Origin: Dimorphilus gyrociliatus
Taxonomy: Eukaryota; Animalia; Annelida
Reading direction: 5' to 3'
Assembly: GCA_904063045.1 (NCBI GenBank)
Contig: CAJFCJ010000015.1
Location: 1,185,034 to 1,249,033 of the forward strand
Length of the DNA stretch: 64,000 bases
The notes under the pieces were generated by a model. It was not told the DNA's origin. It searched no databases and was given only the letters and a program-made list of their open reading frames with translations. The position numbers were made by a program, and so were the translations under genes. The stretch's first letter is position 1. The number at the start of each line of letters is the position of its first letter. Positions 26,201-38,941 of the stretch are shown piece by piece.

Positions 26201-29200
26201 CTTCTGGTAACGAGAACATTAGTATCCTCAAAGCCTAGTGTCCTACACATAACCATAGCTGTGTAATCGTTGAAATGAGGATCACATATTAAAGTCCACC
26301 TTCTCTCCGTAGCATTATACACTTGAACGAAGCCCTCTTCTTTCGTTTTGCCTCCAATTAGCCTAAGCGAAATATTATTCGTACTCCTCTTTTTTCTGAA
26401 TAGGGAATTCTTTTCAACTGGTTTCATTATTATAGGCTCTTTGCTGGTGCCCATTGCAGTCAAACTTCCGAGTACTAGGATACCAACATTCGGTTTAAAC
26501 ATGACTTCAACTCCTGGTTCAATTCTTAGAAATCCATTGCTCATAATGGTCAAATCCTTCACAACTGTATACGGGCTATTTGCTTTTCTTAAAAGAACAC
26601 TATCCGTAATCCTACCACCTAGTTCTTGGGGTCCCCTAGAGGTACTGATAACTTGACTATCAATTGCCTTTGCATTGAATCGATCTGTTTCCAAATACGG
26701 CTTAAAGTCTACAATCGCATAATTATTCCAATCATCAAAGTCGAAAACCCTCTTTGATATAACTTCAGCATTTGTGGATCCCCAAAAATTGTATCTACAA
26801 TCCAGATACTCCTCCAAAACAGAAGAAGTTTGACCACCAACTAACTCAAAATTCATTTCGTCATTTTCAAGGATATTATAATTAATCGTTATGTTCTGAA
26901 CGCCCTTTATAGCCACTGCACTACTATCATCCCTTAAAGGCTTATTATTTCGTATAATATTCTCAAACATTGAGCCATCGACCCATTGCGTATAAGGGGT
27001 ATGAGATTTCATATGAAATTCAATGATATGTTTACCCGTATTATCTCTTAGTTCATTGTTATGAACCTCAATATCTTTTTCAGTGCCAGATATTTCTAAA
27101 CAACTTCTTGAGCAGTCATTATTGATAAATTTATTATCAAAGACCGTAGAGTTGCAGTAAAATCCACCAATTCTAAATTCAAATTTTTCGTTGTCAATAA
27201 AGGATGAATGGTTTACTTGTATACTGTGATTAAAAATCCACTCATGATACATCATTTGTACTTTTGGCAATTCAAGGAAGATACCTCCTTGCTTATTATT
27301 CAAAAATTTTGATTCAGTAATTTTCCATATCCATACGTTGTTAGCAAATTCAACATGATTATGTTCTCCTCTAATACCACCACCGTTACCTTTTATTGTG
27401 CAATTTGTAACTTCGTAGACAACTTCTCCAATAAGACCAGCTTTTTGCCTTTCCTCCCAAGTAGGTTCGTACAATTCGTGATATTTGGTAAGGCTAGGAG
27501 CTAAAATGGCCTCTTTTCGGTTATATTCAATCTTATTATTTATTAGACTAATACTATCAAATCGAAATCGATTGAAGGTATGAAGAAATTCGTTACTTTC
27601 TTGATTGTAGAATCTTGTTATCACTCCATAGTTATTTTTTGACAGAGTCGAGTCCTTAACTAATATCCACGGATAAGGATAAGGCCATCGGTTATAAGGT
27701 CTTGATGTGATACCAAGAGTAATTCTACCAGATTTCCTTGTTGTTACACCATAATATATGGTTACATATCTTTGACTAGCAACAAAAGGAAATTCGGCAA
27801 CGTTATACTCAAGAACATATCTTCTATTTTCATCATTTCTCCCATCAACAACCGTTAAATTCTCCTGTTCAGTCTGGGGATTCCAATCAATCAAATCTAC
27901 GACGAGAAAATAGTTTTGATCTGTTGTACGAAGTTGTACTTTATAAATTATATTGGGAGGAGAAGACTGTTCTCTGGTTGACAAAAAAATTTGATTCTCC
28001 TTAGGAATTTCGATTGTTTTATCATCAAAATCTTCTATATATTTTAAATCTGTTATCCCAGATTTAATAGACCTTGCCTCTAAGCCACTTAAAACAGGAT
28101 TATACTCAATTCCAGCATGACCATTATTTTCAATTATTGAGTTTCTTACTTCCAAAAAGGAATATCTAGTTGAAATACCAGATTTTAAGTTAGAGTGAAC
28201 ATGGGCCCTAGAAATTGTGCCCTTTGGTACTTTATCAGCAGCAGGAGCAGCATGAAATATTTCAATACCATTATGCTTACAATTTTTAACCACTATATCT
28301 TCAATAAAATACTGATTGTAATCAATTCGAAGTCCAGCAGCGTATTCCGCTGACGTTGGATCCAGCAAACCTGCGTTTGATATTTCCATATGTTCAAATC
28401 TTCTGACAGCCGCTTGAGCAAGAGTTCTCATTCCTGCCCATGTAGGTAAATGGCATTTTATTGCCACGTCTTGGTCATGTGTGCATGAATGCTTATTGTC
28501 ACCTCGACAAGTTGTAATATCGGTATCTAGATCAGTACACTTTAAATAGCTTCTCCAAATAGGCCCAGTTCCCGGTTCTGGTAAGTCTATTAAAAAGTCA
28601 TCAGGATGTATGACTAATCCCAGCATATTGCATAAAATCGAAGCATCTGTTTTGGTCCATCCTTCGTTACATATGGTACCCCATTCAGTTTCGTTATCTG
28701 GTAATATTTCGACACGACCGGAAAATCCATTAGATAGTCTAACTTTTGAATTATTATAATGCATTTGATCAGTCATGTTTCTATAGCTAAGGCGCACTGG
28801 TTCAAATTTGGTACCAGATACTTCTAAGAGTCCACCGATATGAATTCCAATAGCATTAGGGAACAATAAAGTTGATCCACGCTCTAAAATCATCTCACCA
28901 TTCTCGAGAACATTAATATCTCTATCAACTATATAGGTTCTACCACGAACAGCAGTAAATCTTTTCCGTCTAGGATCTTGATCCGATCCCAACATTCCAC
29001 CAATAACTTCTCCTCTCTCAAATTTCATCTCTATTCTAGGCGTATCTTTAGTAGTAAACTGCCAAGGACTGTAGAGTATTTCACTCCTTAATACGGGCCA
29101 ATATTCTATTAAAGCTAAATCAAATCGGGAGAATTGGTCGAAAATCCTAGTTACTATATTATTATAATCGGTAGTTCCCCAGAAAAGTATAGGGCAGTTA

Positions 29201-32018
29201 ATTGTTTTAGATTTGTCCGACAGTTGTGTAGCTACTTCAAAAGACGATTGCTGATTTATCATATAATTCCTGGTAAAGTTAATATTTGTTGAGGATATTA
29301 TAGCAACAGCATGCAATCTTGATCGGGCATTAAGATAAGGAAATCCACCAGTTATTTTATTGTAAGATAAAGTGTTGTATATAACTTTAAGGAATTGAAC
29401 ATTAGAACCTTCATTTAGTCGCAGATTTAGGACGTAAAAGCCAGAATTTGATTGAAAAGTATTAGTGGATATTTCATAAAATACTGGATGTTGGTTATAG
29501 TCTCTTTGGAGAACGAAGTCATCAGTATTGTCAATAAGAATAACATGTCTTTTGTGGTTTAAGAACGTTGAATTCGAGATTAAACCAATTGCGTTCAATA
29601 TGGGAGTTATGCGGATTGCGTGTCCCTGATTTCCGTCAAATCTTGAATAGCCTATAGTAAAATTAGTAGCATTAGCCTTATCAACTCTCCGAAAACATGA
29701 CTCAAGGTTAACTCCGTCTAACAAGTTCTGATAGAAATTGCAGTCAACAACGTAGACTTTACCAGTTAGACAGGAATTGCTAACTCTAATTCCAAATCCT
29801 TCGTTCAATTCAAATGATGATTCTCGAACTAGAGTGTCCTGTTCGTAAGTGTGACGGGTTCTATTCATTACCGCAGTTTCATTAAGGGTAATATTAACTC
29901 CATTACCCAGATTATGGCTAAATGTTGACATATTGAAGAAGCGTTTTCCGCCATCATATGTAATATTTACTCCGTTATCTCTATTGTGAGTGACAATGGA
30001 TTTATTAACGTTTATAATACCGGCACCTCCAAGTACCCTTATCCCAGCGCTATAGCCGCTATCTGTAAGCAACAATGTAAACAATTGATAAAAACATGAA
30101 AGTAACGCTAAAATAACAAATTAAATGACATGAAAAAAGGAAAAAAGGTAGTACGAACTTGTTACGTTTGTTGCGTTGATAAACACATAGTTACGCATAT
30201 TCTCAATAAATAATCCATGTTGAAGGTTTTGAGAAACTAATGAATTATTGATAAAGAGCTCTCTAGAAGTAAGTTCCATTTCGTTGAATGATTCAATCAG
30301 TAGAACAAATTTAATGCAATACTTCAATTCCTTACAATAAAACCCGTGAGGAAGGCTCCAACTGAATTTTACTTCTACAACTTCGCCTGGTGAGACAAAT
30401 GTTGCTGGCATCGTGTTATTATTTATTGACCAAAACGCCAATCGTTTTTTAGGAAGATATCTTGCGTCACTTAGGATGATACTACCTTTTACTTTATCAT
30501 TATATTCCTTATCAAATTCTAAAACTGTTATGGCTAGCCTTTCATTCTCTCTGGTCCTATAGATAGTAATCACAATTTTACGGCTAATCGAATTATAAAT
30601 TGTTTTTTATTTACCTATAAGTTTTTGTACAGGAGAATGTTCCGTCAATTTTAACCCCGGTTAAAACTTGGGGAAAAGATTGAATATAGCCGCTTATTGA
30701 AGATTTACAGAACGTGTCGTCAATATCCCAGACTGGCCACCTTTTGTCATACATTTTGGCTCTTACTCCAGCACCTCTATTATTTATCATTTTTGAGTCT
30801 CTTATGTCTATAGCTCCAAATATTGTCTCAACTACTAATCCATGCCCACCATTGTTAATAAATTCAGTTCCATGGACAATTGTTGAAGATTCCACGAACG
30901 TGAAATTCGTTGCATCATACGCTGAATGGGCTATTCTAACTTGTTTTAGGAAAGGGACATGGGGTGAAGCCCTTACAGCAGCTGCTAAATTTCTTGTATC
31001 GTCAATTCCCGCGTAGTTTATATCTACATATTCTAATACACTGGTACTTTCATTCCAAGCACTTCTACCAAAGCCATCATTTCCGTAAGTGTTTGATGAA
31101 TTATAAAATTCTAAGCCCCACCAATGATTTGTTGCCATATCTTCTCTTACTCCCTCACAATGAAGATGTACAGTTAATTGATTAAGACACGCGTTTGATC
31201 CTATTTTTATATTTTGACCGCCTTTACAATTTAAAATAGAATTTTCTCGTCCGGTACAATTTGGTTGTTTAAGCAGCATAAAATGAGAATCGTTTGTTGC
31301 AAAAGACAGAAAGCCGCTAAAGTTTCCTCTAGCAAAACCCATTTCACGACAACTAACATCTACATCATCAGCAGTCCAGCTTTATAAAGTAGATAAAAAT
31401 ATTATTTTTAACAAATTAAATAAACAAATGATAAGAAAATAGTGTACTTTTGATGGCTAGAGCAGACACCTCTCCATTCACCTCTGTGAAATATTTGCAA
31501 TCTACCGAAGTGGATGTTTCTTTCGTCAACTAATCTTGCTTTTTGAGGCCAAACTGGATGATCTTTCGACGATCCTCTCGCTTTCGTTAAAATAATCCTA
31601 TTTTCTTCTGAACCCTGGAAGGAAATAATTATGCATAAATATATATATATATATATATATTCTAAGGATAGATCTATATTAATTAGCTGTAATAAAAAAA
31701 GATGATAAGAACTTATATGATTACTATAAGTTTAGACTATTGAAGTACTTAAGAATGTTCTATTGTGTTGTAATTTACCTTTGCATATAATGTTCCATTC
31801 ACAGCTAACATAACACCTGGACCAAATCTTACTTCTGTGCCAGCTTCTATAGTTAATTTACCATTTTTTCCTATAAAAAGATGATTCCTTACAGAATATG
31901 GACTGCCACTCTTTCGAAGTGTATACTGTTCATTGATAGTTCCACCATTCGTTATATCAAATTCTAAACTGGATGGTAAGAAAATTGAGCAAGTAATTAG
32001 CACTAGATATATCCACAT
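23237..32018 (-). CDS. bark: Protein bark beetle / Anakonda ortholog (SRCR, parallel beta-helix, CUB, C-type lectin, TM); 6 exons (32018-31779, 31614-31448, 31379-30615, 30583-30159, 30062-23954, 23885-23237), ~2784 aa
   Basis: Signal peptide, SPYSVRNHLFI..GKLTIEAG start, three SRCR domains, PbH1 repeats, NWWG motif, C-type lectin before the TM, RKKR furin site and C-terminal ETIM PDZ-binding motif. Exon phases sum to an intact frame. Confidence 0.9.
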
Positions 32019-32300
32019 GATGAAAGAGAGGGTGATAAACTCCTTTTAGTTAAATAAAATCTCCATGTGTAGATAAGGTAGATAACCTCTGAAATATTTT
32101 AAAACTATCCTTTAAAAAAATTCTTCCTCATAAAATCCAAATCCAAAAGGTGTAAATATCAATATTGGGTGCAAAAAAATATTCCCTTAACGGATATCAA
32201 GATAGAACGATTGAATATTATACACCTGTACTGATAAATATGAGTAACAAAGAGATAGGTAAAGGGGAATTCCCGAGGAATTCTCAAAAATCGAAATTAT

Positions 32301-32315
32301 CGCCACCTGGCGACA
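32301..32315 (-). promoter_or_regulatory. CTCF-like site (TGTCGCCAGGTGGCG) upstream of bark
   Basis: Close match to the CTCF core in a local GC island about 280 bp before the ATG. Confidence 0.5.
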
Positions 32316-32626
32316 GATTTTTTAGAGCCTCGCCAATATCGGTATTTACCAGTCTTCTTCGAAAGCGCCTGCAGTCATTCAATAGTTAATTATATTTAAA
32401 ACTCCCTCCCCTATTATGAATTATTGATAAATGGCTTTTTTTTTGCAGTGGCAGCTTTCGAATAGCATAGAAACTTTAAACATTGTCATAATAGAAAACA
32501 AATAAGTCTATTGTCGAAAAACGACTTTTGATAGAAAAATTTTATTTCAACATATTAAATAATCGTTAGACTTCGGAAAAAAAGGAATTTGAACCTTTTG
32601 ATTATAGTTTTTTTTCGAAATGTCAC

Positions 32627-34853
32627 CTACTTTTTCGATTTTATTTTGTAATGGTCACTATAAGCAATTGACGCCGTTGATGTACTAGTGCGTTTCCGTT
32701 TGCGTTTAGCTTCTTTGTAATGTGTAGCTGAATTCATATTATTGTTACTATCGGAACGCGTTTCCCAGTTCACTGATGATAAAATATTTGTCGAAACGTC
32801 GGCTATTCTTGGCTTAGGTTTTAGCACTGTTGAAGAGGTGGGAGAACGAAGGAGATCTATTGAGTCAAGGCTCTTCCGTGGTCCATTGATAACTGGTCGA
32901 GCATTGTAATCTTTAGCAGTAAGTGTTATTGGTGTATAATGAGGTTGGTCGTTTGGCTGTCGTGGTTGAAGATATAAGATTCCCAATTCAGATGCCAAAA
33001 AAGGATGTTTAGCTGCCTCTGATGGTGTCATCCTCTTCGCCGGATCATAATGGAAGAGCCCGGCAAGAAAACTACAGAAATTTATATCATTGATATGAGC
33101 ATAATTTTTTAACCGTAACGTAGCTGGCATCTGCTCGTCAATGTCGTACGTGAAAGACTGTAAGCTGTCGTAGTACATTCCCTTATAAAATAGGTGTCTC
33201 GGAACAAAACCTAAAACATTAGTCATTCTCCTAATGATTTGCATTTTGTCATTTCCAACGAATATTGGCGTTTTTAAATAAAGTTCCGCTAAAACGCACC
33301 CAAGTGACCACATATCAACGGGAAGACCAAAACCACAACCAAACATTACTTCTGGCGGTCGATAAAGTAACGTAACTAAGTTGTAGTCATCGTAATAGAG
33401 CGATAGTTCTTCTTCGATACATTTTATAGCGTTGCCAAAATCAATAAGCGTACAAGAATAGAAGTCATTCGTTCGCTTGAGCAGCACATTGGATGGTTTA
33501 ATATCTGCGTGTAAGGTATTCTCTCTTTCCAGGAAACCAAGCGCAACTAAGAGACGAATGGCAACTTGTCGGATTCCTTTCAAAACAGCTTCTTCGCTTT
33601 TCATGGCCTTGAAATAATTAGTTAAGGCCGTAGGTTGTAATAAATCAAAAACCATACAGAAATGTTGATCAAACATGAACGTATGTAAAAGAGTAATTGT
33701 TGCTGATGCATTATATGTATCAGCTTCATTTAATTTTACTAAACAATCAGCTTCTTGATAAGAGACTGTCGTATTCTGAATATGCATTACCTTGATGCTG
33801 ACCGGTTTGCTATCATTACATTCATCCTGAATCATAAATTAAATATATTTCATACCGCTTTATCTTTGATTTCTTCAGCGAAAAAAAATAAAATAAATTA
33901 CAAAATGTACTAACCGTTGCAAAGATAACACAGGCAGACTGCCCAAACTCTAGTACTTTTACAAATCTATATCGACCAATAAGTAAAGGCATTCCAACTT
34001 TAGGCACAAACTTTCCATCCTTAGACGTATATTCACCAAGCATGACTAAAAGAAAGTAGTTGTTTAATGTTATAAAGTAAATGTTACGTGAAACGGAGCA
34101 AGCTAGAGTGACAACGAGAAATTTTACAGCGATTACGTTAGGGAATTTTACCTAGTCACTAGTGACTCATGGCGCAGTCTACAAACAACCGTGTTTACGA
34201 ATGACGTTAGCAACTTATCAGAACTGCATCGTCTACGTCTTTTAGACGTAAATACGTAAATCAATGTAGTGTAACAAAGAAAAGTAATTTTTGGTATTTT
34301 AAAAAAAAATAAGGATAAACGTAGATTAATTTAATTGCAAACTACATATCAAAACAATTAAAAGTGTAGAAGGTGCACACGGGTAATCAATAGACAGTCG
34401 TAACAACGTCACAACAGTTTCATTACCTGCATCCGTCGACTTTGTTAAGCATTTAATATTTAGTATTCATTACTCATGACTCAATGCAATTTACATTAAT
34501 AAAATTTGAGAGCACTATAATGAGTTGATCAATTAAGAATAAAAAATCAACTTTTCTCTTATTTTTATCAGTTTTTGTAAATTTATTATTAATACTTATC
34601 TAATATTAATAATATGCATTTGTACACAATTATATTATAGATTACCTTCAGGAGTTTTTTGCCCTGATAGAATATTTTTATAACCACCAGTCATTTGTGC
34701 CAAAGGATGCTTTCGAGGTGGATTATTCCTTTCTAAGATTCGTCTTTTGCTGTTAGCGCGTAAAACAAAGAGCGATATTATACAATAACAAAAAAGTCTT
34801 GTAAATAGTTACCGTCTACAGGGTGCGAAAGCTGGTTCACCCCTACGAATCAT
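32627..34853 (-). CDS. Atypical CMGC (DYRK/HIPK/PRP4-like) Ser/Thr kinase; probable exons 34853-34813, 34749-34646, 34045-33915, 33826-32627, ~491 aa
   Basis: VSIK, QEA (alphaC Glu), HADIKPSNVLL, DFG, YRPPE, DMWSLGCVLAEL, RMTPSEAAKHPF. The two 5' exons are inferred from splice phase only. Confidence 0.82.
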
Positions 34854-35246
34854 CGTCTACTTTAATAAAATTCAGTGATATATATCACCATAAGACTGAA
34901 AGAAAATATTTTAAATTGTCGAAGAAAACTTTGGTAAAACGAACTTCCATAAAAAAAACTCGTAAAATCTCACGAGATTTCCAAAGTAATGGGAAGCGGA
35001 ACTCCGCTACTAGTGTCATCTAACGGACAAACTTGGTTTTCCTATTGAGGCAGATGGTCTGTTAAATTGACACTATTTTGAGAACATCAAAGATTATAGA
35101 GAATACTTGGAATATACAAAAAATTATCAATCATTGAAATGTTATGAAAAGTGATTAAAAAGAGATATTATATTTGATATTCCGTTGGATCGTTCACATT
35201 GCTGATTGGACGTTTTATCTTTTTTGTTCAGAATTCATTTACCTTA

Positions 35247-37830
35247 ATGATGATGAAAATGAATGTTTTTATTTTGTGTATAGTTATTTATTTTATAGGA
35301 AATGAACTTATTAGCGTAAATGGTAATATATTTTTTTGTCACTTGTCTAATTATAGATAGCTAATAATCGAATTTGTTTCTAGGTATGGCTGGTCTTACT
35401 CCAGAAGAAGATTGTAGCTTAAATTGTTATCTTCTAAAAAGACTGGTATACTCTCTTTGTTATATTTTATTATGTTAAATGTTAAACGTTAATTATCACT
35501 TTATAGAAAAAGAGGGATAATCCATGTGAATGTGGATCTTGTGTAAAAGGGACTATTGCTCATGATGGAATTTGTGAATTAAATCCCGCAGAGGGTAAGT
35601 GAACAAAGCATCGAAATTCAACATACGTCTATTACAGTCATTCACTAGTGTTCAAAAAGAGAAACCTGTTCTACTAGGCTATTCTTAGAGGCCTATTGAA
35701 CCTTTGCAATGCGTCATACACATATTTATTCGTACATATTAACATACAGTCTGTTAACGATGTGTTGTTTTGGTATTGTTTTCCGCGTTCTCATTGAAAT
35801 TGAAACAAATTTAATTATGTATTGCATACCGGTAACGTCTGTGGCCAAGTTTTGAATCATTACTTCCAGTTATGACTAATTGAAGCTAAAAACTGGCGCT
35901 TGCACTTGCATAGAGTTATATAGTTATATGCGGTATTATATTGAAAATATCAAAATTAATCCTTAGCCAATCCTCTAGTATTTTTTTATTTACATTTTTA
36001 TGCTAATAATGTATAAAACCAATACTACACCTAATTTATTAATGAGCTAGGTTGATAGTTTATTTTACTGTCTTTTTGAATCAATGTGATAACAGATGGC
36101 AGTATTAAATAATCAACCTATACATAATAGGCCTATGTGGCAGCACTTTATCGATTTGCTGTACACTATAACGAGTGACGTCATTCTGCACCAGCAGCTG
36201 TTGGATGTAGGGAATGTTCTGTCATTTCGGAGCCCTTTTAACGGCCTATTTATGGCTGGGTGTGGGGCTCCAACTCCTCGTACAACCCTCGTATGCTGTA
36301 AAAGGTTTGTCAAAAAGTAGACGCAAAATATTCGCAAAATTCTAATAAAATGATAGGAAATGTATAGGTGAAAGATAGTTATAGCTATATTTATCGAGCC
36401 AAACTTATTCACTTGCATTGTTAAATAGTGTTTACTTTATTTAGTCTAAATACAAGTATATTTTTCAGAGGAATCGTCTATTATAAAAAATCTTAAAATA
36501 TTGTCGAGAGCAAAAAAATCATTTAACGAGAGAAGAGAGTTGCAAGATGCAGTTACTGTTCCAGAAGGTAATTATTTACTGATACACTCTTAACAATTTA
36601 AAAATTTCACGATGTAAATTCTGCTTAAGTTATAAAATATTAATATGAAATACTTAAGTAACATATGTTTTGGAGGAGGGATGAAAATGTTTTTATTTTA
36701 ATTTTTTTTGGTAATAGCTAATCCAAAATTTTAATATAGCTTAAACAAAGAAATAAGAGTCTATTTACCTTGAATGTGCCTATCGGCATTTATTGATCAT
36801 GGATATAATTGCAGTAACTGATACACCAAAGGATTTGAACGACTATTCTTCTCAGCAGCCTCCTCGTCCATTCAAACAGGGGGATATTAACGGTGAAGGA
36901 AAACAATATAATGATTCCATTACAGACGTTAACTTCATGGGTACTTTGAATTATTTTTAACTTTGATGTGCCATTAGTTTTTTCCTGTTCTTTTTCTTTT
37001 CACTTATTTTCGTTTTATGCGAATTAACATTACTATAATGGGAGGGAAAAATACTAATGGGTGGAAAAAATGAAAGGGAGATGAACTGATAGGTTGCATG
37101 AATCATTTTAGTGCATGTTGTACAATTTGTCTTCTTCCTCCCCCATAGCCTCAACGTCATCTAACAATAATTCATCTGTTGAAAAATCGAAAGGCAATGA
37201 TGAGACTGGATTGAAACCCGATTTTGGTGACGCATCCTTTATTGGTAGGAAAGTTACACTGTTTAACTCTTGATTTTTGTTCAGAATAATGTTGTAATTC
37301 ACCCTTCAAACTGTTTTATGCAAATTTAATGTATATATTTTGTTCATCGCTTATATGCATTTACAGCAATTGTAGCAGCTTGTTCTGCTGCGGGCCTAGT
37401 CGGTCTCGTGGTTGCAGGAGTTTGCTGGTATAAATTACAAAGGAATGTTAAAGCAGCCTCTGAAACTGATTATCCTGCATATGGCGTTACGGGACCCGCT
37501 AAACGGAAGGACTCAAATAGTGGAGATCGAAAATTAGCGCAAAGCGCACAAATGTATCACTATCAACATCAAAAGCAACAAATGTTGGCAATGGAAAAGT
37601 AATAAAAAAAATGTATTTTTTGTCTCGAGGTCACTTATTTTTACTTGAAAAATTTCAGAGCAAACAGTGAAAAGAAGGAAGGGGAAAGCGACGTTGACAG
37701 CGAGGATGAAAAAGCCGATGGCGATTTTACAGTTTATGAGTGTCCTGGATTGGCACCTGCTGGACAACTTGAAGTAAATAATCCCTTGTTTTCCGAAGAA
37801 AAGGCCGAAAAATCAGAGGAGAAAAAATAA
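35247..37830 (+). CDS. NPDC1: Neural proliferation differentiation and control protein 1 / CAB-1 homolog; exons 35247-35322, 35384-35445, 35507-35594, 36469-36567, 36815-36940, 37149-37244, 37367-37598, 37659-37830
   Basis: Signal peptide, Cys-rich CSLNC..CECGSC..C domain, TM, and family signatures DYPAYGVTGP, GDRKLAQSAQMYHYQHQKQQM and DFTVYECPGLAP..EVNNPLF. Confidence 0.92.
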
Positions 37831-38941
37831 TTTCTACTATTTGAAAAGAGAAAAAATCAAGTGTTATATATGTTGTAAAACTTTTACTATATGCTTCTCC
37901 CAGTATATTCTCGTTATGTAATAGCCAATAACATTCCAGAAAATTATTCTAAACTAAATGTGGTGATTCCTGGAAGGACGATTATTCTATTAAAGTTATC
38001 AATGTAATAAATATTAAAAATATGTCCTACATGAATTTGTATCTTCAATGTCGACATGGCAGCTAGAACAAACACTTATATATATGATAGTCCATTATAA
38101 AGCATCTATCTATAGTTTATAAACTAGATCGGAAACCTAAGAAGGCATTTATTTATTATAAAACAATAGAGAATGCTAGTATGACCCTTTTTTAACCTTA
38201 TTTATGAATGTAACATTAGCTATTTTAGGCGGAATTCTTATATGCAAAAATCTTTATAGAAACCTTTTTTAGTTCTTTAAGTTTTTTTCCACTCTTAAGT
38301 AGCATGCTAATTTATGTAAATTAGACGAAATTAGGTCAATTGTATATTACGCGATTAAAAATTAGCGAAGAAGAAAATGCGTTAATTTTTATTAAAATTT
38401 ACTCTTAGCTTTATCCACCATATTTTATAATATTTTTTTTTTGAAATAATGCGTGACTATGTGTTTAACAAAGAATATAAATAAGCTATTGTGCTGTGTT
38501 TATAGCTGCTCTGTTCGTTTTTGAACTTATACAATAGAAAAATTATTAATAGAAGCATACTGTTGTTTTGTCGTTAATTTATGCAAATTTAGTTATTTAT
38601 GAAATGACTAAAATGTAAAACGGAAATGGTTAAATACGTGATTGTCTATGAAGTTTAAAAATATTCTATTTTTGTTTTTGTAATCGAAAAGTATTCGATT
38701 GAAACAATACGATGTCTTTATTTATCATCGTAAAAGGTCGCTTTATATATGGGATTAAAGCATTTTATTCAGCTTCCGTTGTAAATCACTGTATGTGAGT
38801 CACATATTATTTTTCGATAATATTAGGTTCAGATTTAAAAGAATGATACAAAATGATAAGAAAGACTAAAAGATCAGTCTACGAAGCCTTACAAAGAGAG
38901 AAGCGATTATACTGATACGAGAAATATTCAAGGACAGAAAT

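Noticed and set aside
4929-31185. Antisense ORFs over real genes (for example 5257, 6242, 7951, 8710, 13359, 15902, 26348, 30714)
   Set aside because: Shadow frames of well-supported CDSs with no independent motifs.
35595-35650. Alternative acceptor at 35637 that would give a short secreted NPDC1 Cys-domain peptide
   Set aside because: It needs a 43-nt intron, shorter than any I could support here, and has no other evidence.
37108-37302. Minus-strand 64-aa ORF as a nested gene in NPDC1
   Set aside because: It is the antisense shadow of plus-strand exon B, which has proper splice sites.
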